A stretch of 63,965 bases of DNA, filler included, from Reticulomyxa filosa (GCA_000512085.1; 23 parts of 23 records of this genome joined end to end with filler, not necessarily neighbours in it), one strand, 5' to 3'. Numbered from the whole stretch's first letter, positions 12,560-24,339 are shown. Program-made: numbers and translations. Notes: generated by a model not told the origin, from the sequence alone.

Positions 12560-13058
12560 TGATATCATTCTTCGCTCTCTTCCAGATTAGGCTCTGGTCC
12601 TTGCGGGGTGACCTGTAATTTTAATTAAAAGAAGGATTGATGGGAGGTGAGAATAAGAAAGAAAACATAACATAGCATAAAAAGAAAAAAAGATTGTGTG
12701 ACATGGAAAAGAACATACGTATTCCTCGGCTTTCTCTTCCTCACTGTCATGATCATCGGCTTCGGAAGGTTCCTCCTCAGCCTTGGGTTTGGCTTCGGTC
12801 AATTGAACATTGTTGGTGGCCACATGCGGTACTTCACTGGTCGACGCAATGACCTCCAAGCCAGGATGGTTCGAAGTGTTGGTCTGACTGAGAACCTCTC
12901 TGCTAGTGACCGGAGAGGCCTTTGGCACGCTATTGTTTTGGCGTGAGTGGAAGTCCAAATTGATTTCATGATTGCGGAAGTACACCCTTTTGCACAATAG
13001 CAGCGCAACACAAAATGCGCCGCAGATGACCACGACCGATACCGTAATTATTATAAAC

Positions 13059-13092
<34 letters not shown>

Positions 13093-14240
13093 GATATTTT
13101 AAAAATATAAAATATGCAATTATTGTTAACTGAGCATCGTGTCGCTGATAAAGGATTTGTCCGAGGAACTCACTTGTCGCTGATTGGACGAACTGGGCGC
13201 GGCGGTAGGGAGTGAAGTCGGTTGTTTTGTCGGTCGTTTTGTTGGTCGTTTTGTTGGTCGTTTTGTCGGGAGTTGAGTGGGAGCTTTGGAAGGCTTAGCG
13301 GTTGATGTCGTGGGATATTTTGTCGGTAAGTTGGATGGGAATTTTGTTGGAGCGTTTGTTGTTGGAGCTTTCGTCGTTGGTGCGCCTGTTGTTGGAGGTT
13401 TTGTTATTGGAGGCTTTGTTGTTGGTGGAGATGTCGGGGACTTTGACGGACTTTTGCTTGGGTTTTTTGTTGGAGATTTCGTTGGCGAGATTGTTGGGCT
13501 CTTTTTTTTTTTTTTTTTTTAAATTATAAAAACTTCAAAAAAAAAAAAAAAACATAAAATAAAAGAATGAAACTGTGCATGTCCAATTTATACAGGTACA
13601 CGTTTTTCCGGAACAATAAAATACTGCAGTGGGTGTCACATGCGTCGCATTTGCGGTGCATGTGGCCAGCGGGTCACAATAGTATTTGGTTCCTGCACAA
13701 CTACCAGAGTCTTTGCACTGCATTGTACAATTGGTCGTGCATGTCACCGTCAGACCTGTACACGAATTCTGTCCCGGACACTGCCAGTCCAATTTATTCA
13801 TTGCCACTGATGCCCAATTTTGACACGAGTTTAAACCAGAACAATTCACATGAAACGAGGTTGCTGCCGTTGATGTTACTTTTACTATGTTGTCATTTTG
13901 TACAATACATTACACACACTTATTTATTTATCATTTATATTTGTATGTAATGTACAGATCTATGTAATATGCACAACTCGACATCAATCTCAAGTATGTA
14001 TCACCACGCAGGCGTGGTTGTCGATCAAAAAACTAAACTTTGAACGCCACTACATGAACTGTCGCCACTACAATCAATTGTGCAGTCGGTGGCGTTCACT
14101 TGAATAAGCTCCTCTTTGCAACTATTAGCAGTGGAACACACCACATGGTCGCTGCTGGGCGTACAGTATTGTGTTGCTATCGACAACCAAAACAATAAGG
14201 TGAAGGATACTATCCATATTTTTGCTTTAATTTCTAACAT
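12560..14240 (-). CDS. Type I cell-surface protein: signal peptide, Cys-rich repeats, PT/PS mucin-like stalk, TM helix, cytoplasmic tail
   Basis: ATG 14240 starts MLEIKAKIWIVSFTLLFWLSIA (signal peptide), followed by CxGxxSC repeats. In-frame introns lie at 13501-13573 and 13058-13173 (donor GTGAGT). The stalk is SPTKSPTK...PTKRPTKRPTK and the TM is FIIITVSVVVICGAFCVALLLC. The 3' end is approximate. Confidence 0.8.
13224..13270 (-). repeat. 12-bp tandem repeat encoding PTKR
   Basis: GTTTTGT(C/T)GGTC, about 4 copies on the + strand. Confidence 0.9.
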
Positions 14241-14585
14241 GTCTCGAAATAGTTTCTGTTTTTTATTATATATATACACTGTTGATTTTCTATTTTTCTT
14301 GTGCTGTTCTTGCCGCCTTACCTTTTTTAAAAAAGACCCACGCAATCCTCAACGAGGAGACTAAAATCTATTATTTTTGGATCTAAAAGATGACAATTGT
14401 GGTCAATTTTTTGCAAAGCTATTCCAAAAGTGCAGCGTGCATGGAGAAGAGAAAGAGAAATAAAAAAAAAAAAACGAATGAATAACAAATTTCAAATTAA
14501 TGTTTCACATTGAGCACTAATTTTGATTTTGTTTGGTTTTTATTTTTTATTATTTTGTTCTCTTCATTCTCTTTTGTTTGCCCAT

Positions 14586-15965
14586 TTAGCTCAGTTTAAA
14601 CAATAAAAAGGGATAGGCTTGATTTTCAAATCTCGCCACGTATACTGTGGGTTGGCTTTCGTTGTCGACAAGAGACTCAAATTCGACATTAGTACCACGT
14701 TTGCATCGTTTTTTGTTGAATTTGGATTCAGTACAAGTTTCCCCACAGGTTGTCAAGACACAAAACAAAAACTGTACCCTTCCCGAAGAACTTGCATCTT
14801 TTTGTTCAAGTGCATTAGATGGTGATTCGTATAAATACACGCCCTCGCCATGGTTGCCCTTTTTTCGACAATTTGAAAATCCCTGATTGAAAGTAAGCAA
14901 AGCAAAGAGAGAGTAGAAACATGAGCAAACATATAAATACACATGAAAACGCATTCGCGAAACTGAAACACAAATGGTCTTCCACGTATTGCTATTGGCT
15001 CCATACCATAGATATTTTTCATTGGTTTTGTCTTCAGCTGTGCGTATGCATTTGAATTGAGGAAGAAGAGCAAAAAAAAAATAGGCAATGTGAACACTTT
15101 TATGGGGAAAAAAAAGCAAATATAAAGTTGTTGATGTTTGCTTAACGAAGTTGTCCATGATTCCACAATATTTTGTTTAAAGTGTACTTGGCCAATTGTT
15201 CCATGTTTTGCACCAGCTCGATTTTTTCAATATTTTTGTTATTAACGGAAGTATAAACTTGTGACACAAAAGAGGAGATCAAGCCCATGTCAGCTGAGAC
15301 TTGGCAAAGTGACACTCCTTGGAATACCGTTTTCGTGGTACCACAGTTCCACCAATCGGGTAAAGGAACTATATCAATATCTTTTTATCGTGTACATATA
15401 TGTGTATTTATATAAATGTGTTTACACACTAACATTAGAAAAGAATCTCGGACAGTTAGAGAAAAAAGCATAAATGAATCCCACTTCTATGGACTACCTC
15501 CCCCCCATATATAGCAGTACCTTTTCTTTTTGAAATAATTTGAAATTTTTCTTTCGTTTCACAGATGTTTACAGTGGCAGTATTGTTTGACTCTTTGATG
15601 ATTTCCATTTGCTCTGTGTCTTTTCCAGAAAAGAACTTATCTCGCACTTGCGCCGCCTCAATTCGAGCGGACAGAGATAAATCATAGGCCCTTTCCTCGT
15701 TGTCCTTGCAATAATACCAGCGACTGACTTGAAGATTTTTTTTATGTGCGCTGAACACCTTATTCCAATCTTTCGAATCCTGTGTTGCGTCCGAATCTCT
15801 TTTTTTTTCTTCTTCTTCTTCTTCTTCTGCTCCTGCTTCTTCTGCTCCTGCTCCTGCTTCTTCTGCTCCTGCTTCTTCCATCCTAGTGTTTTGTCTTCCT
15901 CCACTACTATACATAATTATCATACCATATTCCAAGTGTTGTGACATAATCAAAAGAGAAAACAA
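14586..15965 (-). CDS. WWE-domain + PARP-fold protein (mono-ART/ZAP-like), multi-exon
   Basis: WWE: RWYYCKDNEERAYDLSLSARIEAA. PARP: LPDWW (~15350), IEKIELVQN (~15220), NEKYLWYG, HGEGVYL, FLFCVLTTCGE, FESLVDNESQPTVYV, NQAYPFLLFK. Confidence 0.85.
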
Positions 15966-16149
15966 ATGAAGAGAAAATTAGAACGTTTAGGTAGTATTAC
16001 ATTGATCCCTTCTCTTTTCTTTCTTCGTCCATATTTTCGGTTTTATCGTCTATTTAAAACATTTTTATACGCGCACAAATATAAAGATATATATATATAT
16101 GTATATATGTATATGTATATATGTATATATGTATGTATATGCATATATA

Positions 16150-16636
16150 AACTTATGTCATTATCAGTAAAATGTGACTTCTTGGACATAATGTTGGATT
16201 GGCTACTATGATATGAACTCGAGGAATTGCTATTGGAATTGAGAAGGGCCAATTGCTGGTTCAATTTCTCATTTTCCTGTTGAAGTTGATTTATTTTCAT
16301 TTGCAGATTTTCATCGGCTTCCAAGCTGAATGAGTCGTCGTGCTGTCCTCTTCGTGATCGAGCATTGTCCTGAAGAAGACGCTCATTCTCATTTTGCAAG
16401 TGTGCGACGCGTTGGTCAAGATCATCCAACTTGCGTTCCAATGCTTTGTTACTCTGCTCCAATCTCTGATTCTCTTGTCGCAATTGAGCATTGTCCGTTT
16501 CTAACGTAGCGTTTGTGTTCGAATGCGTTTGTGAGGAATTATCTTGTTGGAATTTCAATAATAACTCGAGTCTCAAATTGTCAAGTTGTTGTTCATGATC
16601 TTTCTGCAGGTCTTTATACGATGCTGTTTTGTTCAA
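16150..16636 (-). CDS. Coiled-coil exon, probably upstream part of the WWE-PARP gene
   Basis: Heptad-rich sequence (LRQENQRLEQSNKALERKLDDL) on the same strand, followed by a TA-microsatellite intron-like stretch at 16080-16150. Confidence 0.6.
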
Positions 16637-16662
16637 TTTGGGAGGGAAAAAAAATTGAGGTG

Positions 16663-16702
<40 letters not shown>

Positions 16703-16821
16703 NNNNNNNNNNNNNNNNNNNNNNNNNNNNNNNNNNNNNNNNNNNNTTAATTAATTAANNNNNNNNNNNNNNNNNNNNNNNNNNNNNNNNNNNNNNNNNN
16801 NNTCCAAAGCATGATGTATAT

Positions 16822-18854
16822 GTGGAGATGCAAGCAACATTAAAAAGCTTTACAACATTGGAAGGATATACTGTCATTGAAAATCCAAAATTAAGTCATT
16901 TGTTTTATGAACAAATTCGAGCATGGAAACCAAAGAACGCAGAAGAAGAAGATTTGAAGCAAGCAAGTGACGAAACTCTAACCAAAATCAATGACATTAT
17001 CTGTGAGTGGATAGATGATAAAGGAATACAAAAATTAGCAAATCGTTATAAGTCCCATGCAGATATTGGAATATTAAAGCCACAATTGTCCAAAAATGAA
17101 TTAGAGATTAATAATAGTGTGTCATTGAAAATGGCACAATTTGTATATGAACAATTGTGTAAATTTACTCCAGTGAAAATGAAAGGAAAAGCTATTTATG
17201 TGATTTTGTATGAGTATTATAAAAAGTATATTATTGGAGATAAGAATCCAGCAAGCTGTGCTGATTTTGCATTATTATTACAAGAATCAAGGAAACAAGA
17301 AATGGAAGAAGATATCGCCATAACGCAAGCATTAGAAATGTATATTCCATTACAAGCAAATAAGTATCCACATGTAGATGGCGAGGAGAATGAAAAAAAT
17401 GACACATTCGATTGTCGCCAGCATGTGATTGAATTTTTAGAGGAAGATGAAAAAAAAAATGAACAACAACAACAACAACAACAAAAAAGAAAAGTAATGA
17501 TAATACAAGGAAATCAGGATCAGGAAAGAGTATATTTTGTCGTCATTTGGAAGAAATATTATGGGAAAATTATATTTCTAATTCAAAACAACCTATTCCT
17601 GTTTACATTTCTTTTCCAAAGATTTATAATATAAAAAATGAAAAAGATATCATTTTACAAGCTATACAAGGTAAACATATCAACAAGGAGAGTATGGATG
17701 CAATTCGTGAGAAAGTATCATTTGATTTATTATGGACGGCTTTGATGAAATATTTGATAAATATAGCCAAAGTGATAACAATAATACATATTTCTATGAT
17801 CGCTTTCATTTAAATCAATGGAATGCAAAAGTGATTGTCACTTGCAGAAGTAAAGTATTAAATGATGAAGATATTAATATTAATTTGATTGGTGCAAATC
17901 AAAATGTAACGGCAACATCGCTAATGTATTTATGGCCATTTACAAAACGACAAATTCATAGTTATATTGAAAAATTTGCAGCAATGAAATCCAAAGATAA
18001 AAAAAACAATGATTGGACACCTAAAAAATATGAAGTAACACTAAATAATTACCCGAATTTACAGAAAATGATAGAAGAACCTTTTCTTCTCCAACTTATT
18101 TTGACTGTATTACCATCACTGGTGAAACAATATGGCGCAGGAAGCAAAATTTCAAAAGCACAAGTGTATGAAGTATTCAATGATCAATGGATTGATATTC
18201 ATAGTCAAAATATTATTTTTAAATTGGCAGAATTAAGAATACAAATGAATGTTAACAAAATCAAATCTACATTAAAGCAATATTGCCTTAGTTTGGGATT
18301 TGATATGTTTCATCAAGGAAGCCAAGTTGCTGTTGAACCAGAATTTCAACATGAACATAATAATGAAAGCGAAATTTGGAGTAAATTAGATCCAGAAATG
18401 GACAATGATAATAAAAGTAGTATGGATGAAAAAATAGAAATCAAAACAACCAATGATCCTTCTATTTCAAAAACTTTGGATATTTGGAAACAATATTTTA
18501 ATGGTGATAGTGTCGCGAAATATGTATTGAGAAGAGTTGGTGATAACAGATATCAATTTTTACATAAATCATGTCAAGAATATTATGCGGCACAAAAAGT
18601 CATACTTGATATCATCTCATGGAAGCCCAGTATTATCACTGTTGATAATCAACAATTTCAACAACAATTTGAATCACATATTCAACACTTTTCTATCAGT
18701 CGAAAATTATTAAATGAAGAATTGGGGATTATTCAATTTATTGCAGAGAGAATTTATGACATAAATCCAATATTTGTAAATTTAAAATCAAGATTATTCC
18801 GAATCATTGAAGCATCAAAAAATAATGAAAAAGTTAGTATTGCAGCAGCAAATG
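16822..18854 (+). CDS. NACHT (STAND) NTPase, two frameshifts, 3' partial
   Basis: Walker A KVMIIQG-KSGSGKS is restored by one extra A at 17511-17513. Other motifs: PIPVYISFP, Walker B (F)IMDGFDE with a frameshift near 17725, KVIVTCR (sensor 1), PFLL, winged-helix YQFLHKSCQEYYAA, and terminal SIAAAN. Confidence 0.85.
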
Positions 18855-18954
18855 NNNNNNNNNNNNNNNNNNNNNNNNNNNNNNNNNNNNNNNNNNNNTT
18901 AATTAATTAANNNNNNNNNNNNNNNNNNNNNNNNNNNNNNNNNNNNNNNNNNNN

Positions 18955-19141
18955 CATGATCGTCTCCATGGGTCATACGCTGGGTGCCTCGGTCACCGGC
19001 GAAGGCATTGAAAACATCGAGCAGGCACGCTTCCTGGCACGCCACGGCTGCGACTACGCCCAAGGCTACCTGATCAGCAAACCGCTGGGGGCCAGCGCGC
19101 TGGAACGCTTCCTGGTGGATGCCGATGCGCTGCCCTTATGA
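18955..19141 (+). CDS. EAL (c-di-GMP phosphodiesterase) domain protein, C-terminal end
   Basis: IVSMGHTLGASVTGEGIE...LARHGCDYAQGYLISKPL is the canonical EAL C-terminus (EGVE, QGY..S+P). Confidence 0.92.
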
Positions 19142-19503
19142 TTTCACTTTGCGCTTTGTCATAATTTAGACCTATAGAAAGGTATAAATAGGCCTAAACC
19201 GGCCAAACGTTGCCGGAATGTAACATGCTGCAGCGCAATATTGTCCGACAAGCAAGCACTGCGCTGGCCTGCCCCGCCGACTTGATGCACACTTGCCCCA
19301 CGTTGCACCCTGCCTCCCAAGCATTGCGCCAGGTTCCAAAGAAGACCGGGTGATGGAGGAGAGACGAGCTCCACAGGAGCCACAACACATACAACACAGA
19401 AAGTAGCGGATCAAGGCGGCGGTGCAACGTCCCCCACCCTGCAGTTTGCAAGCCCTCACACCAGCATTACCATGGCCCTCTTTACCCGTTGCGGCCAACC
19501 ATC

Positions 19504-19809
19504 ATGACAACCCCTGCCCTGCCCCGTATTGCCATTCGTTACTGCACCGGCTGCCGCTGGATGCTGCGCGCCGCCTGGATGGCGCAAGAGCTGCTCACCA
19601 CCTTTGAAAAAGACCTGGGCGAAGTTGCGCTGCAACCCGGCAGCGGCGGCGTGTTCACCGTCCATGTCGACGACGTGCTGGTCTGGGACCGCGTGGCCGA
19701 CGGCGGCTTTCCCGACATCAAGGTGCTGAAACAGCGTGTGCGCGACCGCATTGCCCCCGACCGCCACCTGGGCCACAGCGACCATAGCGCCGCCGACAGC
19801 GGGCAGTAA
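19504..19809 (+). CDS. Rdx family (SelT/SelW/SelH-like) thioredoxin-fold protein
   Basis: IAIRYCTGCRWMLRAAWMAQELLTTF...GGVF...WDR...GGFPDIKVLKQRVRDRIAPDRHLGH; CxxC motif. Confidence 0.93.
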   Translation: MTTPALPRIAIRYCTGCRWMLRAAWMAQELLTTFEKDLGEVALQPGSGGVFTVHVDDVLVWDRVADGGFPDIKVLKQRVRDRIAPDRHLGHSDHSAADSGQ

Positions 19810-19818
19810 GGCGGCGCC

Positions 19819-20007
19819 TTGAGCGTGCAACGCAAGATCATCCACATCGACTGCGACTGCTTTTTTGCCGCGGTGGAAATGCGCGACCACCCCGAATGGC
19901 GCGGGATTCCGCTGGCGGTGGGCGGCCAGCCCGGCCAGCGCGGCGTGATCGCCACCTGCAACTACGAAGCGCGGCGCTTCGGCGTACGCAGCGCCATGCC
20001 GTCATCG
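19819..20007 (+). CDS. dinB: DNA polymerase IV, N-terminal fragment
   Basis: [19 protein letters not shown]...PLAVGG...[21 protein letters not shown] is the Y-family Pol IV N-terminus. Confidence 0.96.
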
Positions 20008-20107
20008 NNNNNNNNNNNNNNNNNNNNNNNNNNNNNNNNNNNNNNNNNNNNTTAATTAATTAANNNNNNNNNNNNNNNNNNNNNNNNNNNNNNNNNNNNN
20101 NNNNNNN

Positions 20108-22259
20108 ATAATGATAGGCAAGGATTTGTAGGAATGTTTCCGACATCACCCTTACAGTTAGTGCCTGTCGCTGCAGATGCTTCGCCGACGGAAAAAGAAG
20201 TCAATTACGAAAAAGTCAAACGAGGGAGCGTCATTGTGCCTAAGTCCAAATCCTACCTTCAGCTTCAGCGCACTCAAGATTTGAGAAAACATCAAATGTC
20301 GGAACACTTTGTGGCACCCTTCCAAGTTGTTTTTTTTTTTTTTTTTTTTTTTGTGATTTATAATTTTGTAATAACGTATACATGTGTGTATTGAAATGTT
20401 TTCAAATGAATGGAAGCAGCCCGAGTTTCCTGTTCCAATGTCTTGTTGGAGACAACAAATAATGATATTGGGAATGGCATTGCTGCAATTGGTAATTTGG
20501 ATGGTCACGACACGATACTTTGCAAAACAATCACATCATTCATTGCAATATCCTGTCCTCGATAAAACATCGAAAGTGTTGCATGTGATGGGATGGACTC
20601 CATTTTTTTATGGGTCGTTGCTTGCCATAATTGCAGTACTATATCGTTGCTCGTGTCCAGGCAATCCTCCGTGGCGAGTCCATCGCGCAGCATGTTTGTC
20701 GCTGTTATGCTGTGTCATTGCCTGCGACGCGATTCGAATGGGACTTGCTACGTGCACTGGTGAAATTGCTTACCAGTTGTGCATGCTCGCCGTTCTTGCT
20801 CTTGTTCTCGTTGTCCCGTTTTTTACACATGCAAGACACGAAGCATCCCGTGCCAATGGACTGCGAACGTGGCTTTGGATTGTCCTGCTTTTGCTTTGTT
20901 TTGCACAAACAAGTATCCGAAAAAATATCGATCAAATGGTCTATGTACTGTTTTTCTTTACTTTGCTTTTGTGGACATATCAAAGCATTTATCATGCCAC
21001 GCATTTCATCGATGATAAAGGACATTCCAACTCAACAATGATATTGGATTTGCTAGCATTTTGGTATCGATGACTTTATTGTTACCTTGTCTAGGTATTA
21101 GGTTGTTTTGTTTTCCTTCTTCTCTCTCACTTTGCTTGAAATAGACAAACAAACAAAATATATACATATATATATGTGTATACATGTGCATATATGAGCA
21201 TTTATAATTGGATAATTGTGATCATTTAGGCTCTGCTTATTTTATGTCGATCAACTCTTGGAAAAAAAGTCCGACGTTGATATGGACGATATTTGCAATA
21301 AATAAGATACTGTTTTGGATTGTTCGTGTCCTGTGGGAACACAGCGCGATACAAGCGACAACGTCGACTCGTTATTTGTATATCATGTTTCCAGTGTTTT
21401 TTTTGGAAGAGCTTATCGATATGTTGCTGGTTCTTCAAATAGCTGCTACTCGCGATTGGTGGGCTATGCTTTTGATCATATCTATTCATCATGTTGTTCG
21501 TGATAGTGATATTTGGTATCATCGAATATTCGATAAGTATGTTCGACAGAAATTACCATTGCTGCTCATTTTTCACAACAAAAATACTCACTGTTGCAAT
21601 TGTCATACACATTCCAAACATATGATTGAGTTACAACACGCTACTATTGTTGAGCATTCCACAAGCAACAAGCATTTTATCTCTTCTTCATCATCATCAC
21701 CAACTATCCCACATGAGGGTAAGGAGATTCGTTTATCTCGAGTTATCTTGCAGTGGCAAATGCTTTATTTCAGTGAATTGTGTGCAAGAGCTGTCTTGTT
21801 CATGCTCATTGTCATTGAAAATTTGTGCAATGAGTGGTCAATTGGATATTCCTTACTGACCAATAATATCGTTGGAAAAACTTCAAATTGGGCATTGTTG
21901 GCAGTCGTCACATTTTCAATGTTGTTGGTTATTGTCACTTATATGATAGTTTTGTTTTTTTTTTTTTTTTTTTGAGGAAAAAAAAATGTGCTGATTGGTT
22001 GATTGTTTGTGTTGTTAACCAATAGAATGCATGGTTGATTGGTCGACGCGCATTTACTTCAATTGAAGTGTTCAAAGACATTCTAGTGCCATTAACAAAC
22101 AAACAAAAAACTTTTTTTCATATGTGGTTGTATTTTGGTGACGACGGGAACATTTGGGCAAAGTTTTGGGCTTTTTTTGGATTTGTTGCCATGTACGAAT
22201 TAAGTGTTATATTGCCAGTTTTTGTCACTCCAAATCCTTACAACGCATGCACATTATAA
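20108..22259 (+). CDS. Multi-pass membrane protein of unknown family, multi-exon
   Basis: Consecutive + strand ORFs (20134, 20384, 21208, 22035) with roughly 10 or more hydrophobic helices, separated by T-rich or TA-repeat intron-like gaps. Confidence 0.65.
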
Positions 22260-22799
22260 GCGGACGTACATAGAATGCTTTTAAATAGTTGGCAGACAAG
22301 CTTTTGTTGATATTTATTTTGACGTGTATATTTATTGGCCCAAATACTTTGAGAGCGGTTTCTCCAACTCATTTGTTCTGTCAGAGAAATCTGATCCTAC
22401 ATTGACAAGAGAAATGGTTTTGTGAAATGTCAAAAACTAAGACTAGTGTTAATGGAGATTTGTATTGGATGATTCTGTTTTATGTCCTAATCTTTTATCA
22501 GCTTTTTTTTTTTTTGTGTTATTATGATCGAATTGGTTGAGCGTGTTTATTAGACATCTCGACAAAGGTGTCATCTTTATGTTTGTATGTTTTTGTTTTG
22601 GCTTTGAACTCGACACAAACTGCATATTGAATAAAATTTTAAAACGTTAGGTGATTTCTCAAAACAAATTTTGATTTTTTTTGTCCCAGTTGTAGATACA
22701 GCTGAAGCAAATAATCGAAAGGACAAGGATGTATTCCTCTAAATTATTAATTTAATTGTGTAGTGAGTAAGAGATTTGTCTTGTGTTGATAAAATGGTT

Positions 22800-23570
22800 T
22801 TACATGTGTCGACATTGTACGCCTTGTTGTTCTTCCTCATCTTCATCGTAAGCAGATTTACTTGAAGCAGGAGTAACTTCAGGTTCTCCTTCCACTGATT
22901 CTGCCTCCACATGAACTTCAACAGGTTCATCATCTTCTTCTTCTTCTTCCTCTCCTGTAGTTGTATCTTTTTTTCTGGTTTCTTTTTCTTTTTTTCTTCT
23001 TTCATGTCAATATCGTCTTTTTTGCTTTCTTTCTTTTCGTCAGGAAGCAATTCTTGATTCTTGCCAAGGTTTTGTCAGTGAAAGAATCAGGAGAAGGGAG
23101 TTTGATTTTGAATTTGATATACAGATGTCCTTTTACGTGCGTGCTTCCTTTTTGTGGCATTCCTATATAATTGAAAACATCAATACTTTCTTTGTTTTTT
23201 CCTCTCCTTTTTGCTCGGTTTTCATTTCAAACAAAACAAAATGTCCCGACATATAATACAATTGTAATTAACCTTGGCCGTACAGGACTTTAGTTTCTTC
23301 ATGTTGAATAATTTCCCCTTGTTTTGATTTGATGCGAAGTATTTTTCCACTCAAATGGCGGACACGAAAGTCAAAACCACACAAAGCCTCTTTCAAGGAC
23401 AAGGTGTAATTCATCGCCAAATCTGCGCCGACTCGAGTAAACGTTTCATGTTTCGCACATCGGATCATCACTATCACATCTCCATTGGCCTGTTGCGGAA
23501 TTTCATGACCTCGTCCACGCACGATTACCTGGTCTGCATGTTTCGACCCAACTGGAATTTGTATATCAAG
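22800..23570 (-). CDS. DnaJ/Hsp40 subfamily A co-chaperone, C-terminal half
   Basis: GDVIVMI..KHETFTRVGADL...LKEALCGF...HLSGK; GMPQKGSTHVKGHLYIKFKIKLP; the end reads AYDEDEEEQQGVQCRHM* (CaaX-like, stop 22800-22802). At least one frameshift lies in the A-rich 22960-23060 region. Confidence 0.92.
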
Positions 23571-23644
23571 CTTTTACAACAAACAAACGCATATACAATA
23601 TACACATATAAACCTTAGTCAATCTAAAAAATAAATTTTTTTCG

Positions 23645-23683
<39 letters not shown>

Positions 23684-24339
23684 NNNNNNNNNNNNNNNNN
23701 NNNNNNNNNNNNNNNNNNNNNNNNNNNTTAATTAATTAANNNNNNNNNNNNNNNNNNNNNNNNNNNNNNNNNNNNNNNNNNNNTATTACATTTAGTGAAG
23801 CTCTTCACTGTAGACTCCCCACAATATGAACAAGGGAACACTTTTTTCCCTCAATAATCTTCATGTCTTTCTTCTTTCACTTTTATGTTTTTCTTATTTT
23901 TATCAGTGAGTTGTTTCCTTGATTATTTAACTACTTTTGTCACATGCTAATAAACAGTGGAAATCTAAATATGTAATGCATAAACATGTAAATGCCATTT
24001 GTCAATCAAGGAACTCGCAAAATGAATATAAAGCTTGTGCTTGACCAAAACTTCACAAAATAATTGAAATTTGTTCCAACGTTTTGACATGATTAGAAAC
24101 ATCAATTTTATTTTTCATTTTTATGTCTTATAATAGTACTAACTCTTGGTATGTTTTGACATGCACTTTTCATTATATATCAAAATATCTTAAAATATTT
24201 AACAAATTGACTATAAAAAAAATTTCTAACAAGTTATGTATACACTGTATATATTCCTTAAGGATTTTTCTTAAGGACCTTTTTATATGATATTGATAGA
24301 TTTTCGTCTTGGATAAAAAAAAAGGAAAAAAAGAAAAAA

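Larger units (their letters stand above)
18955..20007. other. Bacterial (proteobacterial, probably gammaproteobacterial) contaminant contig
   Basis: Abruptly GC-rich, intronless, compact bacterial genes, bounded by spacers on both sides. Confidence 0.92.

Noticed and set aside
19280-19335. Sigma-54 promoter for the candidate sRNA
   Set aside because: No correctly spaced GG(-24)/GC(-12) pair on either strand.
19531-19548. Selenoprotein (Sec) in the SelW-like gene
   Set aside because: The motif is CTGC with TGC codons; there is no in-frame TGA.
16803-20007. NACHT gene next to EAL/Rdx/dinB as a defence island or HGT
   Set aside because: They are separated by a spacer and come from different contigs with very different composition.
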